From contig NC_135883.1 in NCBI RefSeq assembly GCF_964194155.1, positions 75,020,001-75,084,000 of the forward strand: a stretch of DNA of 64,000 bases, given 5' to 3'. A program made the translations under genes and the position numbers. Positions 25,849 to 38,479 of this stretch are shown in pieces. Source of the DNA: Cetorhinus maximus. Its lineage: Eukaryota. Position 1 is the first letter of the stretch. Every line of letters begins with the position of its first letter. Below the pieces are notes generated by a model. The model made no database searches. It was given only the letters and a program-made list of their open reading frames with translations, and was not told the DNA's origin.

Positions 25849-27689
25849 AATGGCTGAAGGCATTGGATACAGCAAAGGCTACTCGGCCCTGACAATATCC
25901 CAGCAGTAGTACTTAAGACGTATGCTCCAACGTCATGCCCCTAGCCAAGCTGTTCCAGTGCAGCTACAACACTGGCATCTAACCAACAATGTGGAAAATT
26001 GCCCAGGCACGTCCAGTCCACAAAAAAGCAGGAAAATTCAATCTGGCCAATTACCGTCCCATCAGTCTATCCTCGATCTTCAACAAAGTGATGGACGGTG
26101 TCGTTGACGGTGATATCAAGCCGCACTTACACAGCATTAACCTGCTTACTGATGCTCAGTTTAGCCACTCGGCTCCTGATTCATTACAATCTTGGTCCAA
26201 ACATGGGCAAAAGAGCTGAATCCCAGGGGTGAGGCAAGAGTGACTGCCCGTGACACCAGGGCAGCATTTGACTGTGTGAGACATTAAGCAGCCCGAGGAA
26301 AGTTGATGCCAATGGGAATCAGAAGGAAAATGCTCCACTGGACAGAGTCATACCTAGTGAAAATGAAGCTGACCATAGTTGCTGGAGGCTAATCATCTTA
26401 GCACAGGACATCACTGCAGAAGTTCTTCAGGTAGGGTCCTAGGCCTAACCATCTTTAGCTGCTTCATCAAGGACCTTCCCTCCATCATGAGGTCAGAAGC
26501 GGGACTGTTTGCTGATGATTGCAGTGTTCAGTACCATTTATGACTCATGTACTGAAGCAGTCCATGTCCATATGCAGCAAGATCTGGACAATGTCCAGGC
26601 TTGAGCTGATAAGTGACAAGTAACATTTGCACCGTACAAGTGTCAGGCAATGACCATCTCCAACAAGAGAGAATCTAACCATTGACTCTTGACATTCAAC
26701 AACATTCCCATCATGGAATCCCCACTATCAACATCCTGGGGGTTACCATTGACCAGAAACTGAACTGGACCAGCCATGTAAATACAATGCTACAAGAGTA
26801 GGTCAGAGACTGGAAATTCTGCAGCAAGTAACTCATCTCCTGACTCCCCAAAGCCTGTCCACCATCTACAAGGTCAAAGAAAAATTACAATGCCGCCATA
26901 TCCATGTGGGCCTCTTGTGGGGACAGATATAGCTAACTTTTCTATGTTTCTATAGAAAATGAGACCCTGCACCACATTGTCACGATGTACAAGAGTGTGA
27001 TGGAATACTCTCCACTTGCCTGGATGAGTGCAGCTCCAACAACACTCAAGAAACTCAACACCATCCAAGACAAAGCAGCCCAGCTTGACTGGCAGCCCAT
27101 CCACCTCTTAAACATTCACTCTCTCCAGCACCGGCACACAGTGGCAGCAGTGTGCACCATTTACAACATGCACTGCAGCAACTAATTAAGGCTTCTTCCA
27201 CAGCACCTGCTAAACTCAGGACCACCTAGAAGGACAAGGGCAGCAGGAGAATGGCAACGCCACCACCTGCAAGTTCCACTCTAAGCCATACACCATCCTG
27301 ACTTGGAAATACATTGCCATTCTTTCCTGTTGCTGGGTCAAAATCCTAGGTCTCCCTTAGTAATAGCACTGAAGGTGCGCCTAACCAGATGGACTGCAGT
27401 GGTTCAAGAAGGCAGCTCACCACCAGCTCCTCAAAGGCAATTAGGGATGGGCAATGAATGCTGGCCATGGCACTCAAAACCCATGGAAGAATAAAAGAAA
27501 GAGGTCTATCACTTTCTCCTGAAACTGCCGAGTAATTGTGGATGGTAGTGTAAGCTGTTACAATACACCCTAGACACCCAGGACGGCATCATTTCCAACA
27601 GGTACATGATCCTCGGTTCCCTCATTCTATTTCTGCTGTTAATCACAGAGATAGTGAGAACACTGGGGTCCATCTGTGCTGATCTACAT

Positions 27690-29250
27690 TTATTTTTCTT
27701 ATTCTTTTATGAGATGTGGGTGTTGCTGGCTAGGCCAACATTTATTGCCCAACACTAATTGCCCTTCAGAAAGTGGTGGTGAGCTGCCTTCTTGAACCAC
27801 TGCAGTACATTTGGTGTAGGTACACCCACAGTGCTGTGAGGGAGGAATTTTCAGGGTTTTGACCCAGCGACAGTGAGTGAACAACAATATAGCTCGACAT
27901 CAGGGGCATAGGACTTGGAGGGGAACTTCCAGTTGGTGGTGTTCCCATGCATCTGTGCCCTTCTCCTTCTAGGTGGTAGAGGTTGTGGGTTTGGAAGGTG
28001 CTGTCGAAGGAGCCTTGGTGAGTTGCTGCAGTGCATCTTGTAGATGGTACACACTGATGCCACTGTGCGTTGGGGGTGGAGGGAGTGCATGTTGAAGGTG
28101 GTGGATGGGTGCTACTCAAGCTGGCTGCTTTGCCCTGGATAGTGTCGAGCTTCTTGAGTGTTGTTGGAGCTGTACTCATCCAGACAAGTGGAGAGTATTC
28201 CATCACACTCCTGGCTTGTGCCTTGTAGATGGTGGACAGGCTCTGGGGAGTCAGAAGGTGAGTTGCCCGTCGCAGGATTTCTAGCCTCTGACTTGCTCAT
28301 GTAGCCACAGTATTTATATGGCTGGTCCAGTTCAGTTTAGGTCAATTGTAACTCCCAGGATGTAGATAGTGGGGGATTCAGCAATGGTAATGCCATTGAA
28401 CGTCAAGGAGAGATGGTTGGATTCTCTCTTGTTGCAGATGGTCATTGGCTGGCACCTGTGTGAAGCAAATGTTACTTGCCAGTTATCAGCCCAAGCCTGA
28501 ATGTTGTCCAGGTCTTGCTGCATATGGGCATGGACTGTTTCAGTATCCAAGAAGTCGTGAATGGTGCTGAACATTGTACAATCATCAGCGAATATCTTCA
28601 CTTCTGACCTTATGATGAAAGAAAGGGTGTTGATGAAGCAGCTAAATATGGTTGGGCTTAGGAAACTACCCTGAGGTGCTCCTGCAGTGATGTCCTGGGA
28701 TTGAGATGATTGACCTCCAACAACCACAACCATCTTCCTTTGTGCTAGGTATGGCTCCAACCAGTGGAGTGTTTTCCCCCTATTCCCAGTGACTGCAGTT
28801 TTGCTTTTCCTTGAAGCCACACTTGGTCAAATGCTGCCTTGTTGTCAAGGGCAGTCACTCTTACCTTACCTCTTGAGTTCAGCTCTTTCCTTCATGTTCG
28901 GACTAAGGCTGTAATGAGGTCAGGAGTTGAGTGACCCTTGCGGAAAACAAACTGTGCGTCAGTGACCGGGTTATTGGTGAGAAAGTGCTGCTGGATAGCA
29001 CTGTCGACAACCCCTTCTATCACTTTGCTCACGATCGAGAGTAGACTGATAAGGCAGTAACTGGCTGGGTTGGATTTGTCCTGCTTTTTGTGGACAGGAC
29101 ACACCTGGGCAGCTTTCCACATTGGCGAGTAGATGCCACTGTTGTAGCTGTACTGGAACAGATTGGCTAAGGGCGCAGCTAGTTCTGGAGCACAAGTAAT
29201 CAGTATTATTGCTGGAATGTTGTCATGGCCTATAGCCTTTGCAGTATGCA
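27690..29250 (-). mobile_element. 5'-truncated family A LINE (RT and tail)
   Basis: ORF-track peptides GAPQGSFLSPTIFSCFIN..IFADDCTM and WKAAQVCPVHKKQDKSNP. Confidence 0.9.
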
Positions 29251-29355
29251 CATCTACTTATGAATCCATTCTGTCATATACAGATGGGCATGACCCTTAT
29301 AAAAAATGAAGCACAAGGAGAATGAACAAGCTTTTAAAGAATACAACATGCTCAC

Positions 29356-29443
29356 TGTGGGCAGAATTGGGCTGAAGGTGTTTTATTCGGTCATCCAGTG
29401 CTTGCTTTTCAGGAACCAACTGAGTCAGCATATTCTGAAATTC
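29356..29443 (-). CDS. ITSN2: ITSN2 exon (EFQNMLTQLVPEKQALDDRIKHLQPNSAH), 88 nt
   Basis: tag acceptor, gtgagc donor, phase 0 to 1; LVPEKQ motif. Confidence 0.93.
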
Positions 29444-29987
29444 CTAGAAGAACACACACATAGAAGAACATTTTTCAGCTGGATTTTAAGGAAAAACTTT
29501 AGTAAAGCAACACTTAAATTAAACGCAAAGGTAAAAGGCTGCAGGTATTTTCAGAAAGTTTTCACATAGGCAGTAGGTCTCAATTAAAGTTAATTGCCTG
29601 CTCTGGATCTGAGCTCTTGTATCACCAGTCTGTGTGAGTTGCTTCCCACTTCACCCACCCACTGTCCTCCATTCATTCTCCCTAATTAACTGTATTACAC
29701 CTCAGTCAACATCCTATTCCATTCATCTCCACTCCCCTAGTGAATTCCAATCCTGATATCAATAGTTTTGTTAGCCTTGATATTAACCCCATCCTCATGA
29801 CAGGCAAGATAGTCGAGAAGGGGAAGAGGTTAAAAATTGGAATTCGCAGAACTCGGGTCCAGTACACCACACATATGCCTGCCACCATTTTGATGCCATG
29901 AATATCAAGGCTTCTAACTCCCCCCCTGTGGAGAGGCAGGATTTTTATTGACATATTTATATTGGACTCATACAGAGCAATTGGGTC

Positions 29988-30197
29988 AAAAACAAAAATT
30001 GCTGGAAAAACTCAATAGTCTGGCAGCATCTGTGAAGAGAAAGACAGAGTTAACATTTCAAGTCCAGAAGAGTCATACGGACTTGAAACGTTAACTCTGT
30101 CTTTCTCTCCACAGGTGCTGTTAGACCTGCTGATTTTTTCCAGCAATTTTTGCTTTTGTTTCAGGTTTCCAGCATCCGTAGTATTTTGCTTTTATTT
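29988..30197. mobile_element. Penelope pseudo-LTR hairpin
   Basis: ~75 bp imperfect inverted arms (~29990-30065, ~30079-30155) around a short loop. Confidence 0.75.
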
Positions 30198-30354
30198 CAG
30201 TGCAATTCAAAACTAATTGGTGCTGCAAAATTGGCCCTCGCAAATCAACACACTACCATTGAGTGTACCTACTGGAGCACCAATGATGCTGCGTCACTGT
30301 GCCTTCCTTTTAATCAGTGCATTAAAATAGTACAAACTTAAATCAGTCTGCTAT

Positions 30355-31178
30355 TAGGAAATAGAGATAGTTTAAGTAAGTTATATTTGTATTTGTGGGT
30401 GTTAGGAATGAGTTTTGGCTTTAAAGTTTAAGTTTGATTTGTATTTCTGCATTTGTGTTAAGAAAAGGTCGAGTTGCGTTTTAGTTTCATTTAAGGTGCC
30501 TGCATTTCTAATGAGAGTTTTACGGCTGTTGTCACTTTTTGCTATGGGCATGTGAAGCAGTGGTGTACTGTTGACGGCTGAATAGGTGAGAGAGAGTGTG
30601 TGAAAGAAAGCTTGAGTGCAAGTGGTGCCCCAGGGAAGAGGAACATTGGAAGGAGAGTTGAAACCCTGAAGGTGAACCCTTGCGTCTGGGAGAAAGCGTC
30701 AGTTTGGAAGAAGATTCCAACCAAGTTCTTGCAGAGTGGAAAAACTCATGTGAAAGATGGAGTTCAGTGAGACTGGTTGGCTCATGGTGACAAGTGTCTT
30801 GGCTGGGGGGGGGGCGCAGTTGAGGAGAGATCCATAGCATCTATCTGGGGTGGCAATTGTCACTTTGCATGGACTGTGTACTTGCTGAGGACATTAGAGT
30901 ATAAGATAGGTTTTGTAACTTGCGTTATCCTTAAAAATCTGTACATATCTGTAAAGGTATGGTTGTGGGTGAACGAGTATTGTAATGTAGTCCAACCTTT
31001 CTTTAGTGTTTAATAAATATTTTATTCTTTTGTTAAAAGTTCATCAGCTGACTCCTGTGACTCCGTTCAGTAGTTACTCTCCACGTATCTAAACAAAAAA
31101 TAAAGTTAGGATCTATCAAGCCAGATTCCACCCTGGGATCATATTTGTCCAGTGGTAACATCAGCTAGGATCCTAACA
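30355..31178 (+). mobile_element. Probable solo LTR
   Basis: Ends tcctaaca; starts tagga (degraded tgttagga); ctat on both flanks (30351-30354, 31179-31182); aataaa near 31012. Confidence 0.55.
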
Positions 31179-31331
31179 CTATCCTGTCTTGGAAGTTATC
31201 CCAGTATGAAAGATTTGAAATTGTCAGCCTTACTCAAGAAAATTCATCAGATTTGACTAAATATGTACTTTGACAATATTTTTTTCGAATAGAGGTGAGT
31301 CAAGCTAGAAAAGAAATAGATATGCCACTAC

Positions 31332-31472
31332 CTGGAGCTGTTGCTGTAAAAGATTCACTTCTTTTCGCCTCTGGTCATGTTTCTGGTTTACAAGATTCAG
31401 TTCATTTTTTTGAACTTCCTTTCTGCTTTGGATTTCTTGCACTCTGCTCGTGACATTTTGCTGCTTCTCAGT
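31332..31472 (-). CDS. ITSN2: ITSN2 exon, coiled coil (TEKQQNVTSRVQEIQ...EVNLLQQQLQ), 141 nt
   Basis: cag acceptor, gtagtg donor, phase 0 to 0. Confidence 0.9.
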
Positions 31473-33108
31473 CTGAGGCAGATCAGAGTTATGATTACAT
31501 TTAGGAGAAAAAAATGAAAATATCAACATTAAATGCACTGAGCCAAAGAAAAATTACAATGGAGCCACATCTATGTGGACAGATACAGTTAACTATAGAA
31601 GGTGAGGCACTGCACAACATTGCCACAATGTTAGTCAGTAATAATCAAAAGGTGTGCATAGCTGATTTTGTAGGTTTAGCTCAGTGAACTGATATTGCCC
31701 TTTTAGTGGAATATTCTGCTCCATCTACCCACAAGTTGGTGATTTTCCACTTTTTATTGATACTGTGGTTTTGCACTTCAATGCATTGCAATAGATTTCC
31801 TCATTAAAATGGTTGTCAGGTGCAAAAAAAAAAGTCTCTCAGACCCATGCATTTAATTTTAGACAGTTAACTCAAAGAAGATTGCAAAATATTCTTTGCT
31901 TTAAGAAATAGTCCCTGCAATTTTGAAACAAGTGAAAGTATGCAACTTTCTGTTGTCAGTTACATTGGAATTCATAACTTTAGTGGCATAAACTGATCAT
32001 TACACTATGCTCCTTACTGAATTCTCAGAAGAACTAAGATTGTCAACACATTATTCTGATTTATTTGACAGGGATTGATTATGTACAATCAATGTTATCA
32101 AAATCTGTAAACTCTATACCTTTCAGATGTCCAATCTTATCCAGAAACACAGAGAGGCCTTGCATTTAAAACTGTACTTTTAACAAATTAATTTTGAATG
32201 AAGAAAGATACAATAAACTTTAAAAGATTGTCAGTAAAGTTTCAAGGACCCACAAAAATGTTGCATTCAATTTTAGCAAAATTAGTTATTTTTCAGATTA
32301 AAACAAGTCTAGATAACTGGATAGGATCACAGCTGTATCTAATAAGCATTCATTTTTGAGCAGAGTTTTCAATCAATATCCACTGAACTATTCATTCTTT
32401 TTCAAAATGCAGTGAAAATTTTAAAACTGCTTTCTCAAAATATTTTTGTTCTAGTTACAAAATGTTGAGAATTAATTAAATACTATCCTCAAAAAAATTG
32501 TCTTTTGGAAACTAGACGAACGGAAAATGTACAATAAACCGCTGGCAGCTCTGGCTGTATTTTAAGGGTAACCACTTACCTCACTATTTTAAAATATTGT
32601 ATATCTATGGTGGGGGGTGGGCGGGGGACTCTCCTTTCAGTATGTTCTTTTTGTTAGCTTCTGCTGTACATTCAAATATTGAAAATTGCAATTAAAACAG
32701 GGAGCTGTATTTGTGTGTGTGGTTGAAATATAATCTATCAAAGCTGTTGAGTCTGTGGTTACCCAAACCTCATCCAATATCAGTCAATGACAGAATTTAA
32801 CTTTTTTGAAAAACTTGTTTCAATGGGTACGATAGGTTGGATGAAAGAGAAGTGAAAAGATACTAATAATTTAGAATGAATTAGATTTTCTTGGTATTTA
32901 ATCCAGATGTTCTCAATCTCCTGGGCACAGTTAATACAGGTAAGTGATGCAGTGAAGAACACAAGCCTGTAAAAGGGTTTGTATGATTTTATATCCATAG
33001 TCTCAACATTAATTAATTAGAGCAAAAATAGACTCCACATCAGCTATATGAAACAAGTATTATTTTGAAGTGTGAATCATACTTATCAGGTCCTGCACAT
33101 CTACTTAC

Positions 33109-33258
33109 TAATGCCTCCAGTTCAAGTTCCAGACTTTTTTTTTTGGCCTTTAACTGGACAATCTCGTCTTGTTCCCGGTTTCGTTGATTGAGGAGTTCTT
33201 GTCGTCGGATCCGCTCCCACTCAAGTTGACGCTGACGTTCAAGTTCCTGCTTAGCTGC
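33109..33258 (-). CDS. ITSN2: ITSN2 exon, coiled coil ([50 protein letters not shown]), 150 nt
   Basis: tag acceptor, gtaagt donor, phase 0 to 0. Confidence 0.95.
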
Positions 33259-34162
33259 CTAAAGGGGTGCAATAAATGCAAATATAGCTATAGAGAACAT
33301 TGGTTTCCTAAAAAATTCAAATTTACAATTCTAAATCAGGAAAAAGAGAATGCTCAGGAAACTGCCAAACAGAACGTTTTTGTAATCATTAAAAAATTAA
33401 GTTTAAAAACATGCCAAATTAGTTTATTATTGGCATTACCTGAGATAACAATTCAAAAGTCCCATCATCATTGTACACATGCTGCCGTTACATTAGGTGT
33501 TATTAAATGCAGAGTGTAAACATTTATGCTTTACACCAGCTCTGTAAAACACAACTCTCCTAATTTATATAAGTTACGAGAGCTCTATGCAGTAAAACTC
33601 ACTTTTACTATCTAACGCTTAGCATTGAACTGTCTCAAGGAAACTCCACGCAAGTACCATTTACATGTTTGCACATGTATAAAAGAAGAAGTTTTGAATT
33701 TTGAGAGTAGTGGTAAACCACTGTGTGAATGGAGCACACAGCTTCTGGTACTAATGAGTTATTAAGCCACAGGTCACTTGGCGTTTACATTCTTAGGTTG
33801 CACATCGTAAACCTATAGGGTCAGATCTAGACTCAAAGTCTTTGGCACACTTTATGACTTATTTCTCCTCCATGTCATATATAAATCCCTAGGTGACCTC
33901 TGCCAATATTGTATAAGCTGGGAGTTCGGAGATACAAAACAACAGCTTGGAGTGACTGTACAGAAATCCGACCCCAAGGCCACGACTGGGAACTTTACAA
34001 TCATAAGATCACAATCTGACTTCAGAACACAGCATATTGAAGCTGAGAAGTTCAATAGATGCTTTCAAACTGATGTAAGATTCAGATTCCTCCACCTTGT
34101 GCCTACCACCCACAGAATCTAGAAAATACACTGTTTCCAGGTTTAAACTCTTTATTACAAAC

Positions 34163-34425
34163 CTCTCGTTTTTCAATTTCTTTCCTCCTTTGCTCTTCCT
34201 TTTGTCTTTCCAACTCGCGTTGCTTCTCCAATCGTTTCTCCAAATCGAGCTGCTTTTTCCATTCCTGTTCTTGCAGCTCACGCTCCCTTCTCTCCTGTTC
34301 CTCCTTTGCCCGCTGTGCTCTACGATCAGCCTCTCGTTGTTGCTGCTCCAGAAGGGTCTGACGCCTCCGCTCCAGCTCTGCATTCCCTTTTTCATAGTTG
34401 GCTTTTCTTTTATCCTCAAAAGTGA
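34163..34425 (-). CDS. ITSN2: ITSN2 exon, coiled coil ([23 protein letters not shown]...RRKEIEKRE), 263 nt
   Basis: cag acceptor, gtttgt donor, phase 1 to 0; within ORF 34103..34438. Confidence 0.95.
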
Positions 34426-34584
34426 CTGTAAATATCAATTACTATCAGTTCTAAAAAAATTAAGTATGAGTCTAACTTCAAGCACCAGCAGTTAAAACCT
34501 CAGAGCAATATGTGCAAACCCTTTCATTTAGACTTTTGCTAACTATTTTGTTTTTGATTATTTGCTTTTTTTCCCTGCACATTA

Positions 34585-34790
34585 ACAACATTGTGCCTTT
34601 ATATAGCACCATTAATCTAGTAAAAATGTCCCATGGGGCTTCACAGCAGCAATTATCAGTCAAAATCTGTCACTGAAGCACAGAATCAGATATTAGGTCA
34701 GATGACCAAAAGTTGGTCAAAGGGTAGGATTTTTAGGGGAATCTTAAAGCAGGAGAGAGCGGTAGAGAGAGGAAGTTGTTTAGGAAGGGA
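34585..34790 (-). mobile_element. L2-like 3' tail
   Basis: tttatatagcacc..gcttcacag..gatattagg..gatgaccaaaag, as at 57770-57920. Confidence 0.6.
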
Positions 34791-36566
34791 ATGGTTCTGT
34801 ATGTGTTGGGCATCGATGCCCTGGAATCAAATTTGTTTATATCACAAGTAAAGTTCAGGGAGGTCTGAGCATTCGACCTGTCTGCAGCCAGAAAACATGG
34901 AGGCCTTTAGCACCTCACACTGCTGGATGCACTTACATTTACCCACAGTGGTAATATACCACCAACACTCTCACTTATGTTATTGGGCTGCAGTCAATAA
35001 TAGCAAAATATTAATGTAGCATTTTAAATTATACCTCACAAGATGCTCATTATAGTTAAGTGAATTTAAAGTTATCTATATCGGAAAGACCATCTAAATT
35101 TTTTTGAATCGAGGTATTCTCAACAAATGGTAGGAGTCTGAGTCACAGATTGGTCCCTGACAAACTGATATTTGTTGCACAAGACATATCCCAATGTGAT
35201 CTGTAGCAGTCAAAAAAGTTAACTTTCCAATCCCACTCATTTTAAAGGCAGACACTGGGCCTGTGGACATTTTGTGTTCACCTAGATCACAAAAATTAGC
35301 TGATATTCTTCTAACATCAAATGTTTAGCACTCAGGAAGACCTACAGGTTGAAAGGGTGGACTCATGCGTGGAAAGTGCTTACATTTGAAAAATGAAGCA
35401 AAGCATCCAAGGTAGGTAATCACTCCTCTTCATTTTAGATATTACACACAGGGGACAACTGAGGAAGAGAGTGAGCTCTGAAGTGCAGTTTTAACACAAG
35501 TCAATAGGGACAACTCTCCCAATTATATGATCTTGTGCAGTCACCCAATGTAATAAACAATGCTTAGTGAACGGGGAGAATTTAATATTTAAGATAATGC
35601 CATTTGGTTTATCAATAAATGATGCCCAGGAAGCAACTGTAGAACACGTGAAATGACTCTTTAACCGTCCTCTGCAGTTGGTGCCAACAATCTAGCAACA
35701 ATTTAAATATACTGAAGCAGGAAAATTGATAACACTGCAAGATGTCACCCAAACTGCCAATTTCCTGGTGATTGTTGTAACACACTCGAGCAATGAAATT
35801 ACAATACTCAAGTGTCTCATTGACTTCTTCACATTTAATAAATAACAAGCAGGGACTATTAGAAAGCCCTGACTTATTTGCTCTAGTAATTTTTTGGACA
35901 CATTCACTGCTCAGAATGGAGACTATGCTGAATCTGCTACACGAAAACAACACTGACACCATTTTATCCCTGCCTATTGCAACATTTATTGGTTATAAAT
36001 CAGTCCAATCAATGAACAGGATGCATTGAAGGAAGAATTCAAGTAAAGATACATAAAGTGAGATGCAATGCCATTTAACGATTGGGCAATCAATCGGTTG
36101 CCATACTGGAAACAGGACTATGTTTTGTCCAATGTAAAGCAACCAAATGCAAAAAAGGGTGGTCATGACACGCAAAATCTTAACAGAATATGGTTGCAAG
36201 GCGACCTTAAGTAGAAGCCTGTAAATTTTACTTTACACTAATATTGCACTTTATTGTAACTTACATTACAGTAACGCTATTTGTTGTGTGTTTGATAATG
36301 TGTATGTTTGGTGTTTTGTGCACTTTAGTAGCATTGCTTATTATGTGTTAGCAACCCAGGTTCACCATCACAATGTTAATGGCCTGCACATAACAAACAT
36401 TACTGCATTCTGTAATGATTCCTTAATGCTTAATCAATGTGTTCGACATTCACTATTAAAATTTTGGACAAGTTGAGAACAGCAATTATAACCCATTTTA
36501 CATTTAATACTATAAAACATGTTAATGCAAGAAAGAAATAAGACACACGCAGGGTAGTCGATTTAC

Positions 36567-36658
36567 CAGGTGACTTTTTTTGGGCATCCTGGATTTCCTG
36601 TGCTACTTCCTGATATTGAGCTGGGGTTCCATTTATTCCATCACCCAATTTGCTTGAC
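36567..36658 (-). CDS. ITSN2: ITSN2 exon (SSKLGDGINGTPAQYQEVAQEIQDAQKKSP), 92 nt
   Basis: tag acceptor, gtaaat donor, phase 2 to 1. Confidence 0.9.
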
Positions 36659-37826
36659 CTAAAGAAACAAAAAACAGAAGAACTACAATCTTCTCCAAAT
36701 TTTGTATTTATATGGCTAAAAGCACTTTCTGCATGATTTCAAAGGGCTGTCCTGATAATCAACAATGGGACAAATTTCACAAGGACACATATAAGCATAA
36801 TATTAGATTCTTTCTATAAAATTGGAGTCAAATACAGTGAGAACAAAGGAAAAGGAGCACCCACTTTTCTAACAGGCATTACTGGATTCACCTTAAATGG
36901 TGATCACCCATTTTAGGCTTCATAATGCTTTAAAAACAATGTGAAATGTATAACAAGCTAACACACATCAAAAAGAGGAAGAGAGGCTAATATTCTTGGA
37001 TCCATTCCTTTATCAGAACTCTGTCCTAAGGTTTTGTTTAGGTTGTCTCTCCTGAAGTTATTAGTTAAAATAGCTATATCAGCATGCCAACAATTCAGGT
37101 AATTTCTTGTCTACCCCTCAGCATGGAGTCTGGGACAGGACAGGGGCAATGGTGAGTTTAAAAATGGAATACAGTAGTATCTGGGATTATCGTATGAATA
37201 CATTCAAAAAGGTTTCAGTTAACAAATTAACACACTGCATTTGGCATTAGATTACTCATCAAATGAACGGAGCCCTGTCCAGTTATGCTGAAGCACATAT
37301 ATTACTTGTAGTTTGATGCTTAAATTATATATAATCTTCCAAGATACAATACTTCTGTCTTAAAAGGCAGGCTCTAAAATGCTGGAAAATTAATAAAGCA
37401 TTAAAAAATATAAGTTTCAGGGAGGAGGAGGGATATTTTCCCAAACATCATTAGAAAATAAATTTAATGCTTTCAGCACTCTCATCTCTCTTCCACCTTA
37501 TTTGCAAACTGTGTTTTGCACAAGTTCTTTTCCACAACAAAAATTGTTGAACATTGTGCAGCTTAAATTACATCAAGCCCATGTCTTACCATGCATTATC
37601 TACAACTTTGTCTTTAAAGGACAAAGGACTTTTTCCTGCAGTCAGCTTTTGCTAGGTTTCAAGGCTGGCTTGTATGATGGTCAATCCTTGGATGAAATCC
37701 AGAGGCTGCTCACATTCATGGAGCTCTATCCAATGAAGCATGGTGTAGCACAGATGAATATTAAGAGGGATGAAAATTACTATGTATGGATCATGTCACC
37801 GTGCTGGGAAAAAAAAAATCACTCAC

Positions 37827-37964
37827 CTAAATGAGGGGGGTGTCAGTTCTGGGGGAAGTGTGAGAGGAAGAGGTTGACCACACTTGGCCATTTCAATCAA
37901 ATGCATTGCTAAAATAAACTCTTCTGCTCTGAGCTTTCCATCCTGATCAACATCAGCCAGATTC
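37827..37964 (-). CDS. ITSN2: ITSN2 exon, EH2 EF-hand ([46 protein letters not shown]), 138 nt
   Basis: cag acceptor, gtgagt donor, phase 2 to 2. Confidence 0.95.
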
Positions 37965-38479
37965 CTGTAATTCAACAATGTGACAGAGAAAGAGGCTTAA
38001 TGCATAATAGTGGGTAGCACCCAACATGTGGTCATTTAAAATATTTTACAATCTCCTTTAAATGCTTTGAATTTCTTATTATTCAGTTATTTTGAAAGTG
38101 ACCAAGGCCCAAGGCACCAAGTGTTGGCCAGACATCACCATGCAAGATAGGAAGGTAAATTAAGACTGCTTAAATATACTTCTGCACCACTGATGATGCA
38201 GTGGCACCAACAAAGGCCTTGGCATTGTGAGATATTCTCTCTTCTCTGTCGAACAGCATGACAAACTGGAAATGTTTACTAATTTTGTTTTTGTTTAACA
38301 GAAAGCATTTTAAACCTAACCATTATTTAACTTCCCATTTTCTGAGTGGTCTTCACCAGCTACAAGTCGCAATCATCACTCTCCATTCTGACTGCAGATT
38401 ACTGCTTGGTCCTCACTTCCTGTGTCATTCAACATTCCACATATATGTCGTTAACAGTCGGAACTACCTCTTCACCTCT

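Larger units (their letters stand above)
22800..27500 (+). mobile_element. Near full-length decayed family A LINE: tRNA-like head, APE endonuclease, RT, tail; with nested insertions
   Basis: B box GTTCAAATCC 22864-22873; APE motifs ILTES and GDFN; RT motifs YRPISL and FADD; tail at 27435-27500. Confidence 0.85.

Noticed and set aside
36549-36566. In-frame 18-nt extension (GKSTTL) through a downstream gtgtgt donor
   Set aside because: Weak donor and no supporting homology.
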